DNA from: Antedon mediterranea | Taxonomy: Eukaryota > Animalia > Echinodermata | Length of the DNA stretch: 64,000 nt | NCBI RefSeq assembly: GCF_964355755.1 | Contig: NC_092678.1 | Span: 14,658,371-14,722,370 of the forward strand | Direction of reading: 5' to 3' | In this document: piece by piece, positions 13,101 to 28,200 of the stretch | How positions within the stretch are numbered: the stretch's first letter is position 1 | Layout of the letters: each line of letters starts with the position of its first letter | Notes under the pieces: model-generated | What the model saw: the letters and a program-made list of their open reading frames with translations, nothing else | Told to the model about the DNA's origin: nothing | Databases searched by the model: none | Translations under genes and position numbers: made by a program

Positions 13101-14878
13101 GTGAAAATAGCTCGCTGATGACACTGTGATTTTCACTACAGGTGAAAATAGCTTACAATATTTGTTCACTTAAATCAATGCATTTTGTAATATTTCCGAG
13201 TTAAGGCTAAATAAAGAAAAATGTAAAGGAATCTGGATTGGATCAATTCAGAATAACCTAGCAACCCCTCTTGGTATGACTTGGACGAAAGAGCCAGTGA
13301 AATTTCTCTGAATTTATGTAGGCTATAAAAAAGGTATTTGTGAACAAACAAACTGGCATGATAAAATTAGGGATTTAGAGCATACTTTAAGGTTTTGGGA
13401 AAAACGACACCTTACCCTCTTTGGAATATATGAGATATTACTAAGCCCAGACACTGGCAAGTGCAAATTTATTTCAAAATATTACATGTAACCTATAGAA
13501 AGTACATTAGAGATAAGTATGCTTAATATTGAAGATCATAGACAATTACAAACTATGCCTAAATTTTCTTTAAATATGATTAATGCAATTGTGAAAATAA
13601 ATAATATTGAACTGTTAGATCATCAAAATGTACACAATTAAATCTCAAACCTTGTGGGAAAATAAACGCATAACGTCAGACGGAAAGTCGTTAATTGGTT
13701 AAAGTCTGGCTATAAAACAATTGGTGACATTTTGGTCAATAACACAATTGTAAGTCTTAGAGATTTAATTCCCACGTTATTAGTAAAACATAATGGGATA
13801 ATAGAATACTTCAAGCTCATGAATGCTATTCCTATTGAGTGGAAGGAAGTATTGGCACAACCTAGAATAGAGAAAGAACAAGTTAATGTTTACATTAATT
13901 AAAAATGAATTATTCCAATCAAATGTTAAACATGTTTTTATGATAAGTTCATAATTGAATTAAAGACAGTGCTAGTCTCCCAATTAAAATGGGAAACATA
14001 GTTTTTAAATAAGACTATGGTATGGGACAAAGTATGGAATAATAAAGTCAAAGATATGAAACATATGGTAAAAGTTGCGCAATTTAAATTTAAACTTTTA
14101 CATCGCGTACTTGTTTGTAATAAAAGACTACATATTTGGAAATTGTCTAAAACTAATATTTGCGATAGATGTAAGAATGTGATAGAAAACGAAGAACACA
14201 TGTTACTTAAGTGTAAAGTATTGAATTGAGTTTACGCATAACACATAATTGTAACAAAGCTGCTATGATAGTATTGCTATATATGAAATAATGTTAAACA
14301 TAATATCATACCTATAATGAGGCATTATAAAACATTAAAAAAAAACCATTATGCTAAAACCAAATATGACAGAAATAAATGTATTAGTCTAAAACATAGA
14401 CTGAAACACACGGTCAAACATATAGGTAAACATAACAAACAACATAGTAAGAACATAACTTTAAGGTTTAGAAATAGTGTAATGAAATATGTAATAAAAG
14501 GCCACCAAAACATAAATTGTAGCATAATATGTTATGTTATAATAACTATGTTGAACGTATTTGTGAATGTAAATAGGTTATGTGTATGGGTGTATATATT
14601 TGTAATAGATGTAATATAATGTCAAAACAAACAAGAAACATACAAATTGTGTGTACTGAGTTAAAATTTAATAAAAGAAACAGCTACTTTTGAATACATT
14701 TTTTTCAATATAGAGTAAATGGTAAATAGGCGTACCTTCACAATAACTTGCAATAACCATAACATGTACGTTTTTAAATCATACTTTTACTACATCGATT
14801 TTATGTACATGTATAGATATAGTGCATTTTTAACAACTCTATTGAATTTATTGATTTTATATTAAAAAAAAAAATATG

Positions 14879-14972
<94 letters not shown>

Positions 14973-15205
14973 TTTTGTCTTTATCGTTTCAAATTAATTA
15001 ATTAAATTTCAGTATATAACCGGGTGGTTTAGAATTAATGTTCTTTGCCTGATTTGTTATATATATATATATATACAGCCTGTATATATATATACAAGCC
15101 TGTAGAGACCAAACTGTAGTTTTTACTTCTTTTCCAGACTTAACGTATATTTTAGCTCTACTTTACCGTATTGAGCACTTTCTAGACGGTTACATTGAAC
15201 CGAAC

Positions 15206-15283
<78 letters not shown>

Positions 15284-16218
15284 CCAAAGGCAATTTACTG
15301 AAAAAAATGACAATGCTGTGGGTATCAGTGGCTGGATCTCAATGGAGATACAAAAATAAAAATCGAAAAGCTAAATCAAAACGATAAAGTAAACAGCCAG
15401 AAAAGTTAGCAGAGCTTTCGGGCAACACTAGCCCTTCATCAGTGCAAGTGAAGGAATTTGGATAACGTCAGAGTATAAAGCTGGCAAGTGCTGCCTGGGT
15501 GGACAGGAATAAGAGAAATATAACAAAGGGAGCCAGGGTGGAGTCTGAATAAGAGTGGAAAACAAAGAAGGTAGCTTGGTAGAGATATAAACAATTTTGG
15601 AATGAGACTAAAAAACAGCTTAAATGGTGGTTAATATTGAAACTTAAATTTTGGTAGTCAATGGAATAATTTTACCGATCTGGGAGTATGTTCCTAATGT
15701 TAAGTCCAAAAGGTTTTGTGGTTTTAAGTAGTAATTCCCAGTGGTTTTCTTTGTCTTTGCGAGTTTTGTCGCTCCATTTGACATCGTGGTCTATTGCAAT
15801 AACTCTGAAATTTGCAATCGAGTGACCAGCTGAATTAAAATGTTCGGCTACAGGTTGATCAAGCTTTAATGTTTTGATAGCTGATCTATGTTGTGTCATT
15901 CTCATACGGAGAGTTTTTTTTGTTTCTCCGACGTACTGTTTGCCACAAATATTACAGTATATGAGATAAATGACGTTTTTGGTTAGACAATTAATTGATT
16001 GTCTTATCCGAAAAATGCGGCCAGTTTGGTTACTCTCAAATTTGTCAGTAGAATCAACCAATGAACAAGTTTTGCAAGATTTGCCGCAAAGGTGACTGCC
16101 CAAATTTTGGCTGTCATGAGAGTTAATTTCACTCTTAAATTTGGATCTGACTAATATATCACGAAGGTTGGGAGGTCTACGAAATGCAATAATGGGTGGT
16201 TCCGGAAAAACAGTCCTG

Positions 16219-16249
<31 letters not shown>

Positions 16250-19200
16250 ATCAAAGAGCTGCATAGGCAGGATATAGAAAAAAAATCAAATCAAATAAGT
16301 TAAAACTGCCTCAATATAGATTTATTTTAACGACATGTTTCGGGCATAGCCCATCATCAGGTGAAAAAAAATGTAACAAAGGATAACATATATAAGTCAC
16401 AAAGTTACAAAATAAAACAAATCAGCCAACCAAAGATGTTAACAAACAAAAGGCATAGTTATAAAGGCACGCCTCCAAAAGCTATGGGGTACAAAGCAGG
16501 AATGGCTGCTTATAAAGCAGGCAATTTAAAACAAAGACAAAAGCTTCAAGAGTAAATAATTGTTAATATGTGAATGTCTCTGGCAAAATTAATGTTTAAA
16601 GGATCTAAAATGTACATTTATGCCGGTAGGTAGTGCCAAGCTTTACAATTATTCTTTCTTCTATAATTCTACGAGATGTCTCAGAACCATTACATACTTT
16701 AACACCAGAAATTGTAATATATCCGAAAGTAATCCGGGAGTCTTTAGTTTAATAGACCTTAAATGTTCTACAAACCTATCACCTAACCTGCGTTTAGTTT
16801 CACCAATATAAAGCATATTACATTTAGTACACGAAATACAATAAACTAGATTTCTAGTGGTGCACGTAATACGATCTGTGATAACATAATTACCAGAAGG
16901 TCCTACTATTTGGTTTGAACATGAAACGTAATTACATGTCGAACATCTATTTATATTACATTTGAATGTTCCAGTTGATTCATTACATTTGTTTTGTAAT
17001 TTAGATTTAACTAAAGTGTCTTTAATGCTTTGATCACGTCTGCAAGCTATCATGGGTGGTTCTAGAAAAATATCTTTTGTAGTCGATTTATCTTCAGTTA
17101 ATATTTAAAAGTTATCGCGGACAATGTTAATAACCTTCTTATTCATAGGATGATACGTGAGGACTAGAGGTATGCGGTCACAAGCATTTGTATTATGTGT
17201 AGGTTGCAATGTGTCCTCGTGCGTTAACTGGCAAACTTTTCTTAGAGATTTCACAGTAATGTCAGATGGATATTCGCGTGTATTGAAAAAATCGATCATC
17301 TCAGATGCTTTGATGTTAAAGTCATCATCATCGCTACATAAACGTCGAAGTCTAACAAGTTGCGAATACGGTATAGCATTCTTACAAGCTGGAGGATGCG
17401 AAGAGTTGTAATTTAGATAAGTGTGCGCGTCAGTATCTTTGTAGTGAACGGAAAGACCAGGTTTATCAATAGATAAACTAATATCAAGGAAAGGCACACA
17501 CTTGTCAGAAATTTCATGAGTAAACTTTATAGCAGGATGAAAATTGTTCACGAAGTTAATGAACTCATTAAGTTCATCTAAAGTTCCCGACATAACACCA
17601 ACACAATCATCAATATACCGTTTGAATAAATCTGGTTTCTTTCCCTTAAAATCTCGTAACACATTCTGCTCAAAATACCCCATAAAAAGGCAAGCAAAGT
17701 TAGGTCCCATTTTTGTACCCATGCTTATCCCAGAAACTTGCCGAAAAAAACTTTCTATTGAAGTTGAAGGCTGTAGTATTAAGTACAAGTTCAGCGAGAC
17801 GTAGTATTGTCGATGCGGGATATTTAATATAAGTATCTACTAAAATGTCTCATTGCGTTAAGTCCATCTTGAATAGGAATTGATGTATATAAGGCCGTAA
17901 CATCCATTGTAAAAAGATAAGCACTCTCTGATGAAAATATATAATTTTTAAACAAAACTACAGCTTCTTTGCTATCTTTGATGTAGGTTGGCAGATTTTG
18001 TACAATTGGCTTCAAGATTCCATCCAAGAACTCGCTAATAACAACTGTAGGCGCGTTACAAGCGGAAACAATAGGTCTATCAGGACTGTTAGTCTTGTGT
18101 ATTTTAGGTAACATGTAAAAGCTAGGACAAGTGGCGTCAGAATTAATCAATATATGGGCTGTAGAATGAAGCTCTTTCTTCTTAATCATACTATTTACAG
18201 TCTTCTTAACAATACCAATATCAGAATCAGTAGGGTCTTCCTCCCTCTGTAATATATAGGTCCCTTCTCCAAACCACAGTAGCACCACCTTTATCTGCTC
18301 GTTTAATAACGTAGCCATGATTACCTTTAAGCGATCTAATGGCAGCTTGCTCTCCTTTTGACAAATTACAAATATTCTTTGGTTGTTTTAACTTAAGCTT
18401 GTTAATCTCTCGTTTGCAAGTATTGACATACAGATCAAGTTCAGCGAACATACCTTGTGGTGGTGTCCAGCTAGATGGCTTCTTATTCAGCAACTGGAAT
18501 TCATCTTTTGTTGTTACATTTGTCTGATTCTTGCCGTGAAAGTTTGCTTTGAGTCGTAAACGTCTGTAATATTGATCCATGTCTTGTTTAAGCTGGAAAT
18601 CATCAATCTCTTTCCTAATAGGAATGAAAGTCAGACCCTTAGAAAGAACAGAGCGTTCTTCATCTTTAAGAGGCAAATCATCAGGTATAGTCACAACTAG
18701 TTTAGACGTATCAGGGTGTGCTCTCATTTGTCCTAGCTCATCAATAGAATACTCTCTACAAACGCGATTAGCTTTAAGTAATTTAGCTTCTGTCAATGAC
18801 TTGTAATACCATTTGTTTAATCCATGGACGATACTTCGTATTTTGTCAAATTCGTAGTTGGTACAAGCTGCTCGTAGGTTGGTCTTATGATGTCCCATTT
18901 GTTCATCACGATACGCAACTTTCTTTAAGTTCATCTGAATGCTCATACGCATAAACTATATATATATTTGTATAACAGAATGAATAAATGTGGGTGACCC
19001 CCACGAAAGAGAAAAAAAAATAATTTAATAATTTGGTTTTTAAAAGAACAGAAATATCTAAGTTGCGTAAGGGAAAGAAAAATATTGCCAATGTTAGTAA
19101 CAATATTTGAATTTTTAAAACAATTATATTTTTTGTCTAGTATATTGTTGAAATCACCCACCAAACAGTCATAGGTGTTAATAAATAAGTTTTGAAAAAT

Positions 19201-22200
19201 AATTTCTTAAATTATCATTACAAAAACTAACATTTTTTGCATAAAGATAATTATAAGGAGGAAGATAAAAACTTTCGATAAAATAATTTAACGTATACAA
19301 TATACATTATATATAAAATTGTACTGTAAACATATTTAAAAAGAAATTATCTACAATGCAGCCTTTAGATGTTTCCATTTCTTGTCTGCTTTTATATAAT
19401 TTAACACATTATTCGTTTGAAATTAAGGCTTTTAATTCAAACGTGAATAAATTCCATGTCACATTTTTGTTTCTCTCTTATTTTCTATTTTCTAATATGC
19501 ATGATTTGTAATACAGAAAGGTGAATAGTAAAATCAGTTCATTTACAATTATGTTTTTGTGTACCTGTTATAATGTTTGACCAATTAATACCTTCTGTAG
19601 AAGAAACATTGTGAGATTGTGAGATCATTAAATTTAAAATATATTTTGAATGTATGTACATACATGTGACAGTTCAACATTGTTCTTCTAAAGTGAGTAG
19701 ACGAATATCAAAAGGATATAAAATCGAGTGGTATACACTTCAATTTATCAGAGTCTAACCTAAAAGTATTTTAACTCAACTTAATGTTAACGTTTTTACA
19801 ATTGACCTAAAGTTAATCACTATGACCATCTTCACATATTTGCTTTATGAGTGTTGTTTTTTTTTTCTTTTCCCATATAATAGTATATCTATTTTTTTTT
19901 CTACTCTTAGATAAACGCTGTGTGGAACATTTATTATACTTGCGTTATACAGTATTTGAAACATGTTTCTTTCAATGTTTAACATAAGACCATGACTTGA
20001 AATTTAAAGAAAAAATGCATTTTTTTATCATTTTACAAACAGAGCTATTAGTTCCTCCAGAAATATTTGCCATGGGTAAAACGGCTATCAAAATATATAA
20101 AGATGAACTTAAAGATGGTAACATTTCAGTTGTGAATTCAAGATGTATGTTTCTTGGGAAGGAAGGTGCTGGTAAGACTAGCTGTGTAAAGGTCATGCTT
20201 GGTGAAAGGTAACTAATAGTACAACATGTTTTTTAACCTAACTAAACTATAACAAAATTAGCAATGCAACTAAGTATTTACACTAGTTGACAGATTTTAT
20301 TTGACATTTTTAGAAGATGATACTGAGGATTCTTGTAATGGCAACATTTGAAACATTTCTGTTTGAAATAATTCAAGTTCATTAAAATATTTCATAAAAT
20401 TTATGCATATATCAAAACTGAGTAGTACGAATACAAATTGTCTATGAATTAATTAATACCAATAATCTAAGCCTTAAACGAGACTTACAACTTGAAGTGT
20501 GATTGTCATCATCATCACTTTCCTAATTGAAAGTGATCACATGAGAGATACAGCGCATGTGTAGCTTCTATATATAAATGATGGTTAATTCTGACATAAG
20601 CGAGCACAATGCAAAAACTTCGGTATAAATCTCCGCCTTGGATATCTACTTTATCTAGCTTAGATGTACCGCAAAACGTAGATTTGATAACAGTAGTTTT
20701 CAGTACTACGCTATTGTTCCAATTTTGTCTTTAACAACGACAAAATTTAGCGTTACCTAGCAAAATTTGTGGATATCAAAGGGTTATTTTCACACACTCG
20801 CGCTGTTGTTCAACTGGCTTCCGGGTACGTCAGAATTAATAAGATTGCTAACTCAATGATAATGACACGTCCATCACCAAACAACAAGCACAACTAAAAC
20901 GGAGTCAGATGGTGGGCACGTAATGCCTTTGTGTAAAGCTAGCACAAATCCCAATCGAACTCCAATTTCCCAAAAACTCAAAACTCAACAAACTTTAAAT
21001 TACTATCAAAGTAGATAGGCCAATACTCGAATACTCAATTAAAGCTTCAGCGTAAATAACAACACTTTATCTTTGACCCATAAAAATAGATAAACAGCAA
21101 GTGAAAATATGTGAGATATTCTTTATTGATATACTTATAAAACCTAAATTATTTCAATTTTTCTATTTTTTCCTAAGATAGCTTGCAAAATGCAAAAACT
21201 TTTTTTTAAAGAATACCTATCTCACTGATGATAGGCCTATATTTATTTGAAATCCGATAAAACCCCGTTAGCCAAATGGTAGCCGAGTTGTTGAGTTAAA
21301 CAGGTCTGTAACACCGCACTATGTCTGTACCGATAATACCCGGAATGATTCGGCCCATGTTGCAAGCCGTTTAAAACGCCTTTCTGAACGGGCCCTCTGT
21401 CGCGGATGTCAATGTGTCAATGGTTAGAAAAGTAAACAACATATGAGCGACACATTGACTAATGAAATTTGAAATGCATTTTTAAACAAACCGTCCGGTT
21501 TCCATAGTATATTGCTATGTCCATGGGCCAGTTGACATTCACCGAAATGAGAACAATAGGCAGTTTCCAAAACCCGAATGCACACAATAGCCCGAAGGCA
21601 CCAATATCCTGAAGGCAAATAAGTTCGAAGGCAAACATTAGGCTCGAAGGCAAACATAAGGTCCGAAGGCAAACATAAGGCCAGGAGGAAGATCCGAAGG
21701 CAAAAATAAAGCCCGAAGGCAAACAAAAGGCCCGAAGGTACACATAAGCACTGAAGGCAAACATTAGGCCCGAATACATAGACCGTCATTGCCTGTAGGT
21801 TCTTAACATACTTACTTGTACCTTGTAATTTTCTCTGCGTGTAGAATAGGCTGTCGGACGCTACGTGCGTACCGATACATTCGTGAAGACCGGCCATTTG
21901 AAGAATGCCTATTGATCTGTACACCATCGGAGTGAATATGTGACCAGTCATTCCACAGACCTCTGTGACGCCAATATGTTGGGAAAATTGAATGTATGTT
22001 ACGCTCTTCCCACTCTCGCGTTTCATTCTCTAATACTTGGTTTCTACTAGAGACGCAACACAAGGATTTGACCAATCACAAGCGATTTATTATTCTGTGT
22101 CACGTCATTTGTCAACAGCATGATGTCGTATTATATTAATTAAACTTATTCTAATTGTCGATGTAAGCAAACATAATAGAGGGCGTTATTTACGATATTT

Positions 22201-25200
22201 AATGTGAATGGGGTCTCTCCGATGTCTTTTTTTTTATCAAGTGCAACGCGACTCTACAGCTCACTATGTTGGTCGGTTGGTCGGTTGGTCGGTCGGTCGG
22301 TTGGTTAGTCGGTAAATACTAACTTAAGCACGCGTCTGCAGCCATGTATATGGCATTGTTTTTGTAATATATGGGGTTCTGTTTGTATATTTGGTTGGAA
22401 TAAACATTTGTGCAAAATTTGATGTATGCATATAGATTCAGTTAATTCTTCCTATTTGGTTCCTATATTAATGTTACCAAACATAATAAATCTATGCTAT
22501 TGTCAGTTTATTGTACTATAGTCATTATGATGTTTGCAGATTTGTAGTACAAAAACGTAAACAGTAAAACGAAGAAAAACATTATGATCCGATTCGCCAA
22601 GTTAGGCAATCTACCTGGAATATAAGTGTGTTACATTATGATAACACTGATATACAGGATATATGTAACATTCCTCTTACTACACGTCACGTGATTATTA
22701 TAATTTCTACTAATGAATATGCAGTGATTAAAGTGTCCGTTGATTATAATAAAAGTATCTGGTAAAGGAATTTCAATTTCGTTTAGGGCATTTCCTAACA
22801 TAAAAAAGACAATAAATACAGACTTGGGGCAAGTCTACTGCCTTATTTGCGCGGTTTTAGTGCGGAACATACACAGTAAACACAATGACATGAAAAAACC
22901 ATATGTGTAAATAGTATAGTATGGTTGAATGGTTTTTTAATAATAATTTCGGAAAAACCAGTAGAGGTGATCGATTTGATTGACACTGTTCGGGTGGCAA
23001 TATCAATCATTTACATATACCTAGTCCACCTTCTCCGTTTATCCCTGATTGATCATTTATATCACCCCTACAAAATTGTAAACATTCAAAGGTCCCGTTC
23101 TCGCCACCACGCCTATACTGTGAACCATGTTTCAGTGTCTGTGACAGTAGGCATGTATTCAATAAGCCTGTTCTGATCCAAAATAATAACAAACTATACA
23201 CAAGTTGCCATACATCCAGGTAATGTATAACAAGTCCATTTGATTAGGATTTTTACCTTTATTTAATTTGTTAAACAGTAAAAAAATACTAATATGGCTG
23301 CTAAATTTACAATGAAATGTTTATTTATTAGATTTAATTCAAAAGAAGAATCTACAGATGGTATCGTTACGACTACAGTGTTTCATGTTAAAAATGATTT
23401 CAGCAAGTGGAAAAAGAAAACAAAAGTAGATGGTGAGAAATATCAGAAACACTCGAAATTAATAATCAAAACATCGTTTATTTTTTGCACCAATGTAAAA
23501 GTAATCATAAATGGATACCAAGGGATAAACCTCACATGTAGTGAAATGCAATACCACTACATTTATCTGTATAATGCAATGATATCCTTCTCTCCTTCGA
23601 TCTACTCGTCAATATTAAATATACTCTGTACACTTGCTCATTATTCATATCTATAACTTTATTAAGGTCCTGAGACTTATAACATTCATGTTCTCTTTCC
23701 TACCACCTTTATGACCATATTTTTCTGCCTATTATGCCTTTTTTCAGATGTTGAGCTTGCCAAGAAAATACGTGATCAGGCATTAGTAGAAAAAGTTAAT
23801 AAAAGTTTAAATAAAGGTAGGGATAGAGAACCCACTTCTAGATAAATAGCTTATTTAAAAAAAATATCACAAAATATAATTTTCCCTCTCCCCACCTTCC
23901 TCCAAAAATATATTTTTATTTCTTTTTGTGTTTAAATTAATTTTTGTTTTAAGAAGCTTTTTTTGTATTAATTAATATGACACTATAATAACAATAATAG
24001 TAATATTCACATATTTTGCAAACAAAATTCAGTATTTAGCAATATTATAAATAAACAGTAATTAGGCCTATATTATTGTTTTTACCATTGCACGAATATA
24101 AAACATTCATAATAATAATAATATTTTATAACATACCTACTATGAATTATTTCAACCAAACATCATCCAAGGCCTAGCTAGCCTAGGCTAGTGTAGAAAG
24201 GCCGATTAGTGATATGAAAAATTAATGAAATAATCAAGACTAATTCTGGTGCGGTATTTTTTTAAACGATTGCAAGTCTTGTATAATTGCTCCCATGAAT
24301 AAATCAAAATGTTATCGATCTAAAGATAATTTAAGTTCATTTTTGTCTAAAGTAGTACATATTGCTTTCCAAAAATGTTATTTCCGAGTGTTAGTGTTAG
24401 TTGTTGAATGTTATTGCTCATATGCCAAAAAAACAAGAACAAATAATAGGAAAAAGAAAACAAAAGTAGACGGTGAGAAATATCAGAAACACTCTAAAGA
24501 ATAAACTTCACATGTAGTAAAATGCAATTCCACTAGCTTTATCTGTAGAATGCAATGGTCAAATAATAGTAGAAATAATAGGCGATACTATTGAATTTGC
24601 GCCGTATTCGAAGATACAATTAATTGGCCTTTTTTTTTTTTGCTTTTTTTTTCATACTCAAAAGAAAACTCATGCACATTGATTAAACTGTCTGTACCCA
24701 CGATCATCAAATCAAAAGACAACAATTTTTATCTGAACAGAAACTATAGTGACCTGTGTCAAATTATTGTCAAATCAAATTATTTATTAGTTGATACTGA
24801 AATTTAGTTTGTACACAATTACACCAATATTAACTCTTAACGATATAATTAAGTAAAATAGAATAACACTGATGTCATTCTAGCGTTATGTACATATAAT
24901 TGAATTGTTAATACAGTAATACAATAGAGCTATAAAGGGCTATACAAATTCAGAAATTATCCAAATATTCCTTATTTAGCTCATTCACTATATTTTTCAA
25001 CCACAGGACCCATGAAAAATGTCAGAAAAGTTGTATCTTGGTTAAAAAGAAATGATGAAAGCGTTCAAAATGACATAACTAGCATATGGGATTACGCTGG
25101 TCAACTGGACTATTACATAACGCACAGGGTAAGTTTTCTTTCTTTCATATCAGGACTCATAGAAAAATATACAGAAGTTACTTTAGAATTTTTAACGAGA

Positions 25201-28200
25201 ATCGGAGCAACAACACTGATTCAGTTGTTGAAATTAATGGTCAACTTTCCGAAGGAGATAACAAAAATATATTTCCCGAGAAAAACCAATAGGCTAGGCA
25301 ATCTATTTAAAAAAAACAGCCCAGAGTGAAACAAATTGCAAACATGGAATTTTCTTTTTTAAATGGATCAACATTCGAGCATCACACCTCTGTCACTCAT
25401 CCCGATGATATGCAAATTAGCTTAACTATGCAAATTAGGGTGAACATACGATGTTATCATATCTCAAAAACTATTAGTCCCAGAGAGTTGATTTTTATAC
25501 GGATTTATTCAAAATATATATATTTATATTTACTCTAATGAAACATTTTACGAAAAAATGACCGTAAGTACAACATTTGACCTTCGACCACAATTCTCAA
25601 TGTTTGCATACACAATGTGACTAAAATGTCTATAGAGACTTTATTTTGTCCTTAAATGACCCAGACATAGGTTCCTAATAGCCAGCATAGGACCACTTTG
25701 TAATTCTCAAAATCACACCTTTGTCATACACCTCGAAAGTATGCAAATTAGTAGTACAATTTAAATAAAATATGCAAATAAGGGGGAAAATTACAGTTGT
25801 CCTATATTTCGAAAACCACTATGCTAGAGAGTTGATTTTTTCACAGCCGTATTAAGAATGTACATAATATGTATAATATAATATGAAATATTTATTTCTA
25901 TTTGCTCAAATGAAACATTTTACACAAACATTGACCAGAAGTATGACATTTGACTCTCGACCCCATTTCTCAATATTGCATATATAATGAAACTAAAATG
26001 TCTGTAGAGACGTTGTTTTGCCTTCAAATGACTTGGATGTTTTTAATAGCCAACAGACTGTTTAGTGAATTTTAAAATCACACCTGTATCACTCACCTTC
26101 AAAGTATGCAAATTATTAGTACAAGTTACATGAAATATGCAAATTAGGGAGTAACATTACAGTCTTCCCATATCTAGCAAACGATTAATGCTAGAGAGTT
26201 GATTTTTCAAAGCCTTATTCAGAATGTACATATTTATATTTTTCGCTCTAATAAAACATTTTACGAAAAAATGATCGAAAGTATGACATTTGACCCTCGA
26301 CTCAATTTCTCTATATTTGCATATAATGCAACTAAAATGTATGTACAGACATTGTTTTGGTCGCAAATGACTTGGATACAAGTTTTATATAGCCAGTATA
26401 GGACCGTTTAGTAATTCCAAAAGTCAAACACCTCAAAAGTATGAACATTAGTTGTACAAGTTATATGAAATGTGCAAATTACAGTGAATTGCCTTATGCA
26501 TGTCGAAATGACCGATAAAGATATGGCAACTTTCACCCCTTGTTCTACTAATTTGCATACTTTCGAAGAGGAGTAACAAAGGTGTGATTTTGAGAATTAC
26601 TAAGCAGTTCTATGCTGGCTATAGAACACCTGTATCTGAGTCATTTGAGGTCAACACAAAGTCTGTGAAGACATTTTAGTTGCATTATATATTGATAAAT
26701 AGGGTCGAGGGTCAAATGTCATAATTCCGACAATTTTTTTTAAAAATGAACTCTCTAGCATTAATTGTTTTCGAAATATGGGAAGACTTTCACCCCCTAA
26801 TTTGCATATTTTATGTAACTTGCACTAATAATTAGCATACTCGAGGTGTGTGACAAAGATATGATTTTGGGAATTACAAAGCGGTCATACAGTATGCTGA
26901 CTATAGGAAACTATACCCGAGTTATTTGAGTCCAAAACAAAGTCTCTACAGACATTTTAGTCGCATTATGTATGCAAACAATGATAAATGGGGTCGAGGG
27001 TCAATTGTTGTATTTCCTGTCATATTTTCGTAAAATATTTCATTAGAGCAAATATAAATTTGCACATTCTGAACAAGTTTTGGAAAAATCAACTCTCTAG
27101 CCTTAGCGGTTTCAATAGTAATTTGTAATTTCACGCCCCTAATTTGCATATTTCATGTAACTTGTACTAATAATTTGCATACTTTGATATGATTTTGAGA
27201 TTTACTAAACAGTCCTATGTTGGCTATTAGAAAACTGTGTCCGAGTCATTTGAGGGCAAAACAAAGTCTCTACAAACATTTTAATTTCATTATATATTCA
27301 TAGTTGAGAAATGGGGTCGGGGGTCAAATGTCATACTTCTGGTCAATTCTTTTTTTTAATGTTTCATTAGAGCAAATAGAAATATGTAGTAATTTTTGAA
27401 TGATATGGTAACCTTGTAATTTCACCCTAATTTGCATATTTAAGCTAATTTGCATATCATCGGGACGAGTGACAGAGGTGTGATGCTCAAATTTTAATCT
27501 CCTCATTATATGTCACCATTTTCAAAAACAAAATCTCTGTTTGCAATTTGTTTCACTCAAAATGATAGATTACCTAGCCTACAAGGCAGGTTGGCGCACA
27601 ACAATCTTTGGATAAAATAATTTCTCCAGAAAACTACGATTACGTAAAAAAAAAGGCAAGGCTAAAAAAAAATTAAACCTAAATGTTTCTGCACTCCATC
27701 TAAAAACCATTGCTCAGCTTTAGAAAAGATGTTCAGGTTAATGAGGAGGATGTACAAAACTACGTGTCTGGTCGATATCATCGTGACAATCTCGCAAAAT
27801 CAGAGAAAAATTAAACTCGTTGATGATGATACATGTTCTGCAACTGTCGCTATGGACATCACATTCTATTCATTATAAAAAAAAAAGCGGGATAATTTTT
27901 TGTTTGCCCTCTAATACATCGTCTCACTTCACTTATAAAAACAAAAGCCTATGTAGGCAAAATCGTTTTATTTTATATTTATTATATTCTGATAATTCAT
28001 TAATAAATAATTATCATTACTTGCAATTTATCAATGTAGTTCTAAGTAAGATTATACTCAATTATATATATATTTGTTTTTTCCAGTTTTTTCTTACAAA
28101 TAGGGTATCGTACTGTGTTGCCTTTAATGTGATGGATAAATTGAATGACCCAGCTACTCCACGAAATTCTCCAATAGTGAGTTCAACACAATTATACTTT

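Noticed and set aside
19911-19990. Possible extra Roco exon after a strong acceptor (ctactcttAG at 19909-19910)
   Set aside because: There is no convincing donor (only GTGTGG), and the gene model is phase-consistent without it.
21573-21785. CRISPR-like short repeat array
   Set aside because: Units are contiguous with no unique spacers, the context is eukaryotic, and there are no cas genes.
21424-22075. 200-aa, 106-aa and 87-aa minus-strand ORFs
   Set aside because: The two longer ORFs run through the CCCGAAGGCAAACATAAGG minisatellite, which produces their repetitive CLxPSGL patterns. None of the three has a recognisable domain.
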